From an uncultured Candidatus Saccharibacteria bacterium (GTDB taxonomy: Bacteria > Patescibacteriota > Minisyncoccia > Phycocordibacterales > UBA1550): a stretch of 64,000 nt of DNA. Under the pieces are notes generated by a model. The model made no database searches. It had not been told where the DNA came from and saw only the letters and a list, made by a program, of their open reading frames with translations. Below are positions 1 to 6,627 of this stretch, piece by piece; positions within the stretch are counted from its first letter, which is position 1, and each line of letters begins with the position of its first letter. The stretch lies in assembly GCA_964642305.1 (NCBI GenBank), contig CAZXOE010000004.1, forward strand, positions 7,894 to 71,893, in the 5' to 3' direction. A program made the position numbers and the translations under genes.

Positions 1-576
1 GATAAATACGGCGCAGACGCCCTTCGTATCGGACTTGTCATCGGCAACACGCCTGGGAATGACCTCGCACTCGCTGAAGACAAAATAAAAGGCTACAAAC
101 ATTTTTGTAATAAGATTTGGAATGCAACACGATTTGTTTTGACGAACATTGGCGACACCACACTTGATACTCCACGCCCTAAACCGTCCTCTGGACGGTC
201 GGGCGAACCATCTGAGGATGGTTTTAGCCCCGTACTCACTACTCGTGATGAAGAAATTCTTGCGGAGCTTAACAAGGCAAATGAGAGCATTACTTCTCAC
301 TACGAAAGCTTCCGCTTCCACCTCGCGGGCGAAGAACTCTATCATTATTTCTGGAATACATTTGCAGATGTGATTATTGAAGAAATGAAACCCCGTCTTA
401 TGGGGACAGACCAAGCATCAAAAAAATCTGCAGAGTGGGTGCTCCTCCAGATTCTCTCGTCAAACATAAAAATGCTTCATCCATTTATGCCGTTCATCAC
501 TGAGGAGATTTGGGGTATACTACCTAGAGAGAGCAAACAGCTCCTCCTCGTAGAACCATGGCCGAAACAATTTTAA
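1..576 (+). CDS. valS: Valyl-tRNA synthetase, C-terminal part (5' end cut by window edge)
   Basis: Frame-1 translation from nt 1 reads DKYGADALRIGL...FCNKIWNATRF, the class I aaRS region after KMSKS that is typical of ValS. The ORF track's Met at 139 is internal. Stop at 574-576. Confidence 0.85.
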   Translation, partial: DKYGADALRIGLVIGNTPGNDLALAEDKIKGYKHFCNKIWNATRFVLTNIGDTTLDTPRPKPSSGRSGEPSEDGFSPVLTTRDEEILAELNKANESITSHYESFRFHLAGEELYHYFWNTFADVIIEEMKPRLMGTDQASKKSAEWVLLQILSSNIKMLHPFMPFITEEIWGILPRESKQLLLVEPWPKQF

Positions 577-1328
577 TTTGGAAACCAGTTGCAATTGCGA
601 TTGCTGGAGGAATACTCCCGTCGCTAGTGTGGCTTTGGTTTTGGCTAAAACAGGACAGCAAATCCCCGGAGCCAACAGGTCTCATAGCGCTCTCATTTTT
701 TGTTGGAATGGCAATTGTGTATTTTGTGCTTCCGCTACAAAAACTTGTACTTTCAAATATCGTTTCAATTGTTGATATGGTAAACGCAGTAGCTTCAAAA
801 ATATCATTGACAGCGCCGAGCGAAGAGGTAATCAGAACAACACTTTGGGCATTTATAGAGGAATTTGCAAAATATGCCACTGTGTTTTTTATAGCATTTA
901 AAAGTAGATTTTTTGACGAGCCAATGGACGCAGTAATTTACATAATTACTGCAGCGCTTGGTTTTTCTGCAATGGAAAACACGCTTTATATTTTCAAGGA
1001 CCTAGCAACCAGCGGAGCTTTTGAAGTATTTGGGAACGGAAATATGCGATTCCTTGGAGCTACTATTGTACACATCGTTTCATCAGCCTTTATAGGCCTA
1101 GCGATAGCGTTTTCCTTCTATGCGCCAAAATACATTAAGTTTATTTCAGTAATATTAGGGATTTCAACAGCTACACTATTGCATGCATACTTTAATTTAT
1201 CTATAATGGTTAGTGATGGAACGGTGAAGACACTTTTGGTATTTTCTCAGTTCTGGGGAGCTATCATCGTCATCATTATATTGCTTGCGCTCGTAAGGCG
1301 CATTCAAAGACCTAAACCTATTAACTAA
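558..1328 (+). CDS. PrsW-family intramembrane protease-like membrane protein
   Basis: Multi-TM protein with an EEFAKY (EExxK) motif and a GFSAMENTLY (FxxxE) motif, as in PrsW/CAAX-like proteases. Overlaps the valS end by 19 nt. Confidence 0.6.
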   Translation: MAETILIWKPVAIAIAGGILPSLVWLWFWLKQDSKSPEPTGLIALSFFVGMAIVYFVLPLQKLVLSNIVSIVDMVNAVASKISLTAPSEEVIRTTLWAFIEEFAKYATVFFIAFKSRFFDEPMDAVIYIITAALGFSAMENTLYIFKDLATSGAFEVFGNGNMRFLGATIVHIVSSAFIGLAIAFSFYAPKYIKFISVILGISTATLLHAYFNLSIMVSDGTVKTLLVFSQFWGAIIVIIILLALVRRIQRPKPIN

Positions 1329-1334
1329 TTTATT

Positions 1335-1799
1335 ATGAAACGATCTTTTTTTGAACGACTTACTGGAACAATTTCTCTCAAGGACCGCTCATCGGATTTT
1401 GAAGAGGATGTAGCTATTGAACAAGCGCCACAAAGCACATTTAGCCAATGGGAAGAAGAGGCAGCCCCTGAAGGCGAGCTTGCGGTAGATGTGTACCAGA
1501 CAAATGATTCAGTTGTCATTCAAGCAATGGTCGCAGGTGTTGCTTCCGAGGACCTCTCAGTATCTGTAACGCGCGAAATGGTGACCATCAAAGGCAAGAG
1601 AGAGTCCCCGAAAGGTATTTCTGCTGAGAACTATTTTTACCAGGAGCTCTACTGGGGAGCATTTTCTCGTGTAATCCTTCTTCCTTCTGAGGTTGAGACC
1701 GAGGAAGTGGAAGCCACGGAAAAGCATGGGCTTCTAACTATCAAGCTTCCAAAAATAGACAAAGACAGGAAGCAGACGATTAAGATTAAGTCGTTGTAG
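1335..1799 (+). CDS. Hsp20/alpha-crystallin small heat-shock protein
   Basis: VDVYQT...GLLTIKLPK alpha-crystallin domain pattern, about 150 aa. Confidence 0.85.
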   Translation: MKRSFFERLTGTISLKDRSSDFEEDVAIEQAPQSTFSQWEEEAAPEGELAVDVYQTNDSVVIQAMVAGVASEDLSVSVTREMVTIKGKRESPKGISAENYFYQELYWGAFSRVILLPSEVETEEVEATEKHGLLTIKLPKIDKDRKQTIKIKSL

Positions 1800-1810
1800 G
1801 GGTATACAAA

Positions 1811-1842
1811 AGAGAGCCACACTTCGTGTGGCTCTCTTTTTC
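1811..1842 (+). terminator. Rho-independent terminator after hsp20
   Basis: agagagccacac-ttcg-tgtggctctct hairpin followed by a T-run. Confidence 0.7.
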
Positions 1843-1858
1843 TGGTGCCGAGGACCCA
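1843..1858. repeat. 14-15 nt copy of the tRNA-Phe 3' end (tggtgccgaggacc)
   Basis: Identical to 2094-2107 in the same orientation, about 250 bp away. Confidence 0.5.
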
Positions 1859-2045
1859 GGCGAATTAGCAAATTCGGGGCTTGGCCCAAGACGTCACAAC
1901 CCTATAAGTACTCTCGATCCCGGCTCAGCGACCTAGTGAGTACACTAGGTGCCCGCTTGCGCCCCCAGCTCGTGGTTTTGCCTCCCAGTGGGTCGGCAAA
2001 ACATCACTGCGCCTTTCAACCCTTTAAATATGCTTCGCATATTTA

Positions 2046-2105
2046 TCCTCGGCACCATAATAAAACACCGCACAATCGTGCGGTGTTTTATTATGGTGCC
2101 GAGGA
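2046..2105. repeat. Perfect 28-bp inverted repeat (4-nt loop) whose right arm is the tRNA-Phe 3' acceptor strand plus CCA
   Basis: tcctcggcaccataataaaacaccgcac-aatc-gtgcggtgttttattatggtgccgagga. The reverse complement of the left arm equals the right arm exactly. Confidence 0.9.
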
Positions 2106-2169
2106 CCAGGGTTGAACTGGTGACCCCTCGCTCTTCAGGCGAATGCTCTACCAACTGAGCTACCTCGGC
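2094..2169 (-). tRNA. tRNA-Phe (anticodon GAA), CCA encoded
   Basis: Reverse complement folds as GCCGAGG/CCTCGGC acceptor, D arm GCTCAGTTGGTAGAGC, anticodon stem TTCGC/GCGAG with loop CTGAAGA (GAA), T arm GGTCA-CCAGTTCAACC-CTGGT, 3' CCA. Confidence 0.9.
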
Positions 2170-2237
2170 AAATTCTATATACTAACCTATCAATCAAGAT
2201 AACATATTTTGTGACACCCTTATGGACCTACCAAAAC

Positions 2238-2254
2238 AGCTACCTCGGCAAATT
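2238..2254. repeat. 17-nt copy of the tRNA-Phe 5' end plus 5 nt of its upstream flank (agctacctcggcaaatt)
   Basis: Identical to 2158-2174. An exact 17-mer is unlikely by chance in 64 kb. Confidence 0.6.
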
Positions 2255-2567
2255 ATTTATTGATCAAATTTTTTACTGCTTGCACGTCTGTAGGAATTGA
2301 ACCAGCTGCCTTTTCAAAATTTTGAATAATTCCAATTGAAGTCTGGAGTGTCTTCGTATACTTCTGAATCGTTGGCTGGAAATAGTAGTAAACTCCAAAA
2401 ATGGATCCCAGAATTACCGCCAAATACACAAACCTAAACAATGAACTCCATCGCTGCGCGCGACGCATAGAGCGAAGAATTTTGTTGTTCTCGTGCGTAA
2501 GCTCTAAAAGTTCGTCAAGTTTTCGCGCGTCCAATTCCATAAAGCAAGCATAGCAAATTTGAGCCAA
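2253..2567 (-). CDS. Hypothetical small membrane protein
   Basis: ORF with a coiled N-terminus and one hydrophobic helix. No recognisable family. Confidence 0.4.
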   Translation of the reverse strand: MAQICYACFMELDARKLDELLELTHENNKILRSMRRAQRWSSLFRFVYLAVILGSIFGVYYYFQPTIQKYTKTLQTSIGIIQNFEKAAGSIPTDVQAVKNLINK

Positions 2568-2578
2568 AAATCAAATTA

Positions 2579-2606
2579 AAAAGCCCATCGTTTAAAATGG
2601 GCCTTT
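2579..2606 (-). terminator. Rho-independent terminator for the 2625-3035 gene
   Basis: gcccat/atgggc hairpin followed by a T-run on the minus strand. Confidence 0.55.
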
Positions 2607-2624
2607 AGTAGGTTGCGCTACTTG

Positions 2625-3035
2625 TTAGGTCGCGTAGGCGACTTCTTGTTGTGATTTTGCAGGTTTTGACAACATTGTCCTGGAATCACCCATAAGCGAA
2701 ATGGCCTTGAGAAACGCGCCACTGATCACAAATGCTTCCGTAGACGCCCCACACGGACATAGGCACAAATACGAACGTGCTTCATCATTCTTTGTGCTTA
2801 CTGCAACAACTGTCACGTAAGCTGTCTCGCCTAACGTCAAGCATTCGTCGCAAAAATCTGCGAGTTTCTTCGCCTTGAGCGTCCCTATTGCTTTACGCAG
2901 GGAATCAATTCGCGGAATGATTGCTTGCTTGAGATGCAAAGCATTGAGCTCCATCGCTACCGTTTGAATTGCCTTAAAGCCATGTGGTAGTGGGATCTCA
3001 ATGACTTCTGGTGCTGCAATTTTGGCTTTTGCCAT
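2625..3035 (-). CDS. Hypothetical protein (Cys-rich LCLCPCG motif)
   Basis: Clean 136-aa ORF with good codon structure. Family not recognised. Confidence 0.5.
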   Translation of the reverse strand: MAKAKIAAPEVIEIPLPHGFKAIQTVAMELNALHLKQAIIPRIDSLRKAIGTLKAKKLADFCDECLTLGETAYVTVVAVSTKNDEARSYLCLCPCGASTEAFVISGAFLKAISLMGDSRTMLSKPAKSQQEVAYAT

Positions 3036-3172
3036 AACACTTCCCCCTTAAATTGAGTTTAAAAAAACAAAAAAAGGCAAAGAACTTCTTGCCGTATATA
3101 AGCATAGCACTCTCAAAAATAGAGTCAAGTTCAATTAGGATTCAAGGCTTATCAACACTACTTTTTTAGTTG

Positions 3173-3244
3173 TGCCCTCGGCAGGAATCGAACCTACATC
3201 TACTCCTTAGGACGGAACTGTTCTATCCATTGAACTACGAGGGC
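3173..3244 (-). tRNA. tRNA-Arg (anticodon CCT)
   Basis: Reverse complement GCCCTCG-TA-GTTC-AATGGATA-GAAC-A-GTTCC-GTCCTAA-GGAGT-AGAT-GTAGG-TTCGATT-CCTGC-CGAGGGC-A. Anticodon loop gives U33, CCT, A37. Confidence 0.85.
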
Positions 3245-3296
3245 AGAAAAAGGGGCAAATGCCCCTTTAAATCTTTACTTAATACTTTACAAAATA

Positions 3297-3530
3297 CTAC
3301 AAACCAAGCATGCTTGAGAGTTTTGATTTATCAAAACCAACAGCCATTTCATCTCCTACAAAGATTACCGGGACTCCCATTTGCCCGCTCTTCTCAATCA
3401 TCTCCTTTCGTTTTTCAAGATCTGTGCCCACGTTATACTCAGTGTAGTTCACATTATTTTCTGTAAAGAACTCCTTTGCCATTTTACAATATCCGCATGT
3501 TGGCGTTGTATAAATTGTTACTTCTTTCAT
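3297..3530 (-). CDS. Glutaredoxin-like (NrdH/Grx) small redox protein
   Basis: TCGYCKMAKEF CxxC motif, then VPVIFVGD. Start taken at MKEVTIY; the ORF extends to 3569. Confidence 0.7.
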   Translation of the reverse strand: MKEVTIYTTPTCGYCKMAKEFFTENNVNYTEYNVGTDLEKRKEMIEKSGQMGVPVIFVGDEMAVGFDKSKLSSMLGL

Positions 3531-3657
3531 AAGTTTAAAATTAAATTCTATCAAAATGGGTTTCCCCAAGAACCTGTCTATTTTACCATATGGAGCGATT
3601 AGACGCCAGTCTTTTCTGTTGAGCTAATATAAGTGCGATAAACGATTACTCCATCAA

Positions 3658-3750
3658 TAAATGGTTAATTTTGGAGAGCAATGTTAGAGCGGGCGGTGTA
3701 AAATCCAGTTACCTAGAGTCATGCAGAGCCCATAAGGGTGGTGCGGCCGT
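3658..3750 (+). repeat. Copy A of a ~95-nt direct repeat flanking the peptidase gene
   Basis: Aligns to 4481-4578 with shared blocks ggttaatttt, gagagcaatg, tt.gagcg, taaaatc, tta.ctagag and cag.gccca.aag, roughly 70-75% identity. Confidence 0.6.
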
Positions 3751-3800
3751 TCCTAAGGGCTTCTGAGGCGTCAGTGGGCATATATGTTATTATTTAATAA

Positions 3801-4457
3801 ATGAAAAGAGCACTTATTACAGGTTCAGAAACTTTTGGAAAATATTTAGCTAACCCTACTAAATGGCTAGCGCTCTTTGCAGACGGTAAAATAATTGCGG
3901 ATTACGAGATTCACTCTTTAGTTTTTCCAGCCATTGTATTATTTCCCGAAGGAGCAGAGGACCCAGGAGAAGTAATAATGAAAAAAGCTCAAGAAATAAA
4001 CGTAGATGTAATTCTTTCTTTTGGTATGGCTTCAGAGGTAAAGGGATTTCGTTTGGAGCAAACGGGAATAAATTGGATTTATAATGAAAAGTACCTTTCC
4101 TCTTTTGAAAACAACAGACCAGTTGATATAACACAGCCAGAAAAAGAAAAGATCAAAACCGATCTATCACATTGGGACATAGAAAAAATGCAGGGACTTT
4201 TTACTAAAGCAAATATTCCTTTACAATCAGAAATTTCTGATGACGCAGGTCAATATGCTTGTAATGGTTGGATTTACAGAACTTTGCTTGCAATGAGAAA
4301 ACAAAAACTTAACATTCCTTATTTGTTTGTTCATTGTTCATGCACAGAAGAAGCGGTAGAGCTTATTCCAGATTTTGATAGAAAAAATAGACTACTTATT
4401 AAAAAGGAAGACACGCTGAAAGCCTTGGAAATTATTTTACAGTCATGTAAGAGTTAG
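3801..4457 (+). CDS. Pyroglutamyl-peptidase I-like (peptidase C15 family)
   Basis: N-terminal ALITGSETFG (compare Pcp VLVTGFEPFG), DAGQYACNGW (Pcp catalytic Cys region SAGTFVCN) and a downstream HCS. Confidence 0.65.
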   Translation: MKRALITGSETFGKYLANPTKWLALFADGKIIADYEIHSLVFPAIVLFPEGAEDPGEVIMKKAQEINVDVILSFGMASEVKGFRLEQTGINWIYNEKYLSSFENNRPVDITQPEKEKIKTDLSHWDIEKMQGLFTKANIPLQSEISDDAGQYACNGWIYRTLLAMRKQKLNIPYLFVHCSCTEEAVELIPDFDRKNRLLIKKEDTLKALEIILQSCKS

Positions 4458-4480
4458 AGATTATACCAAGGGGTAGTCCT

Positions 4481-4578
4481 AAATTGGTTAATTTTTGAGA
4501 GCAATGGTTGAGCGAGAAACATAAAATCTCTTTACTTAGAGCCTCACAGAAGCCCACAAGTGCATTGTGGGGCGGGTT
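4481..4578 (+). repeat. Copy B of the ~95-nt direct repeat
   Basis: See copy A. Copy B carries an internal hairpin cccacaa-gtgca-ttgtggg. Confidence 0.6.
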
Positions 4579-4671
4579 TTTGGAAAAAGTTACCTGACAC
4601 CCATACTCATTATGTGAATGACACATGAGAGAATATTATTAGAACACACAAAATTCAAAAGAATGGTGGCT

Positions 4672-4706
4672 GTCCCCATTTCCCGTCCCCATTTCCCCAT
4701 TTCCCT
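4672..4706. repeat. Short tandem repeat (gtccccatttccc x2 plus a partial unit)
   Basis: gtccccatttcccgtccccatttccccatttccc read directly from the sequence. Confidence 0.7.
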
Positions 4707-4735
4707 TCTAAACAGTGGTGTTTTTAATTAGCATT

Positions 4736-6187
4736 TTATGCAGATAAGATTTGTTGTAATCTCTCATTGAGAAATATGTCAAAGGTGTCTTCAGAATCTT
4801 TTCTTCCCTCAATCATTTTAACAATATCATTATCTCCCAAGGGCAGAACAATACATCTATGTCTCAAATAAATTTCTTTTGATTTTTTAATATCATCTTC
4901 GGTCACACCATCTCTTTGTATGAGAAAAATAAAATCTCTACCATTTTTAATGGTATAAGCGAGACTCTGATTAAATTCCTTATTGCTAACATTGGTTAAT
5001 CCATAATTTTTTGCCTCGATAATGATAAGTCCAGCTTTGATTTGTTGGTTTCTTAGGACATTGAAAAATGCTGTTGTTGAAGCGTTTAAGAAATTAAGGT
5101 CATATCTATATATCTCTCCATGAGAAGTAGTTTCAATTTTCCCTCTCAATAAATTTTCTCCATATATAACCTTAAATATCTTGAGAAGAAGCAGGCTATA
5201 TTCTCGTGACGATTTACTTCCTGTTGGAAGCGCCTTAATCTCATTAATATATGTTTGCCACACAATTTTTTGCTTACGAGGTCTTCTTTTTGAATCAAAT
5301 TGGTGCGGATTTTCAGCATACCCCTTAACCAACTCAGGTCGTTCTTGCGCAATAATTCTTGCTGCCAAGTGTACTGATCCATACTTACTTTCAAGACTTT
5401 TCTCAATGTCTTTGATTTTAACTTTTGGTTCTTTCCCAATGGTACTCAGTATCTTTTCCCTAGAAAGTTCCTCGTTCTGTAATACATACTTAAGACACCC
5501 ATTATAAAACTCACTCGTAGACAGAATGGGCATCTTCCTTGATATGTGTCTAGGTACCAACAGGCGATACCCACCATTTTCATAGTGTGGTAAATCTACT
5601 TTTATCGCAGGTACCCACTTTCTTGTATTAAAATCATACCCATTAGGAAGACTAACAGAAATTGTTTTAAGGTTAAAAGTCTTTACTTGCTCTTTTGTGT
5701 ACTCAATTAAATTAAAAAGGGCGAAATTCCCAACCAAGTCTGATAATAAATCAGGTCCAATACCCTCAATTTGGATAGAGGTTTTTGCTAGTGCCTCAAT
5801 CCCAAACTCTGCTATCTCGGTGTTGTCAAAAATTGCTTCCTTAATAAGTCCCGCCCTTTCAAGGTGCGTACCTTTGCCTTTAACGCCCTCTTTGCAATAA
5901 CCAAGACCAATTGCTTGAACTTCAGGAAAGTTGAGAGCAATGAGCAGTTGCTCCTCTGAGATTTTATTAGATCTATAATCGACTAAAAGTTGATTAAAAT
6001 AATTAAAAATATGTGCTTGAACCTCATGCCATTCTGGGTCCCTTGATTCGTACATTAAATATAAGTCTAAATACGCACGTACGTCACCCTTAGGATCTGG
6101 GGTAATAAAATCCAATTCAAATGGTTTATAATTACTGCACAGTTCATCTAGAGATATTTTTTCTTCTTGGGTTGGAGGTGTATTCAT
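4736..6187 (-). CDS. Hypothetical 483-aa protein with C-terminal PD-(D/E)xK-like nuclease motif (candidate restriction/defence nuclease)
   Basis: C-terminus ...YRYDLNFLN...GLIIIEAKNYG fits the D...ExK pattern. No P-loop. Sits 5 nt downstream of the GIY-YIG gene in an AT-rich island next to R-M genes. Confidence 0.45.
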   Translation of the reverse strand: MNTPPTQEEKISLDELCSNYKPFELDFITPDPKGDVRAYLDLYLMYESRDPEWHEVQAHIFNYFNQLLVDYRSNKISEEQLLIALNFPEVQAIGLGYCKEGVKGKGTHLERAGLIKEAIFDNTEIAEFGIEALAKTSIQIEGIGPDLLSDLVGNFALFNLIEYTKEQVKTFNLKTISVSLPNGYDFNTRKWVPAIKVDLPHYENGGYRLLVPRHISRKMPILSTSEFYNGCLKYVLQNEELSREKILSTIGKEPKVKIKDIEKSLESKYGSVHLAARIIAQERPELVKGYAENPHQFDSKRRPRKQKIVWQTYINEIKALPTGSKSSREYSLLLLKIFKVIYGENLLRGKIETTSHGEIYRYDLNFLNASTTAFFNVLRNQQIKAGLIIIEAKNYGLTNVSNKEFNQSLAYTIKNGRDFIFLIQRDGVTEDDIKKSKEIYLRHRCIVLPLGDNDIVKMIEGRKDSEDTFDIFLNERLQQILSA

Positions 6188-6192
6188 AAACT

Positions 6193-6549
6193 TTATTCAA
6201 AATTAATGTCAATTGCTCCAACGTCTGGAATTCGCTCAACGCAGGTTGGGCTATATTTTTCATAAAGTGCTACTTCTGCGCCGTCGCGATTATTTTGTGT
6301 TGATATTGCGCATGCTCTGAAAAAACATCTGTAATTTTTAAGAAGTTTATTGCAACAAGAATTTACCTCAGTGTCGAGCAAGTGTTGCCCTAAACGCTCC
6401 TTTAAGTTTTCTGCTTGTCCAACATAGTGAACATAGTATTTATTGTTGCTTGAATCAAGGTGTGATATGCGGTATACGCCAGCTGCTTCGTTTATTTTGT
6501 TTACCTCTTCAGAGTTAAGAGGGTTTAATTTCGTCCAGTTTAGTTCCAT
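6193..6549 (-). CDS. GIY-YIG nuclease domain protein
   Basis: GVYRI...(10 aa)...YYVHYVGQA...LKERLGQH gives the GIY, YIG and conserved Arg spacing of the GIY-YIG fold. 118 aa. Confidence 0.7.
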   Translation of the reverse strand: MELNWTKLNPLNSEEVNKINEAAGVYRISHLDSSNNKYYVHYVGQAENLKERLGQHLLDTEVNSCCNKLLKNYRCFFRACAISTQNNRDGAEVALYEKYSPTCVERIPDVGAIDINFE

Positions 6550-6627
6550 GTTTTTTAAAATTATGATTAATAATACTGTTGATAACTACTACTTGCATAC
6601 TTTCTATTTATTTTCTATAATAGCACC
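6550..6627. promoter_or_regulatory. Divergent promoter region between the GIY-YIG operon and the LexA-methyltransferase gene
   Basis: 78-bp AT-rich spacer containing tactgttgataactactac (a CTGT half-site at 6574-6592) and a tataat immediately before the 6628 start. Confidence 0.4.

Noticed and set aside
93-373. ORFs 93-290 (minus) and 149-373 (plus)
   Set aside because: Both lie inside the valS C-terminal coding region, which is well supported by aaRS similarity in frame 1.
1843-1858. Treating the 14-nt tRNA-Phe 3' copy as an attL site on its own
   Set aside because: About eight exact 14-mer pairs are expected by chance in 64 kb. It is only suggestive in combination with the 28-bp hairpin and the 17-nt 5' copy, and is reported with that caveat.
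1828-2158. ORFs 1828-2115, 1945-2154 and 1949-2158 around the tRNA-Phe locus
   Set aside because: All overlap tRNA-Phe and its 28-bp hairpin. They are mutually overlapping in different frames with no protein-like features.
2046-2170. Group I intron or interrupted tRNA-Phe
   Set aside because: The tRNA is contiguous and folds canonically over 76 nt. The extra copies are flanking duplications, not an intervening sequence.
3170-3466. Plus-strand 98-aa ORF
   Set aside because: Starts inside tRNA-Arg and runs antisense through the glutaredoxin-like gene.
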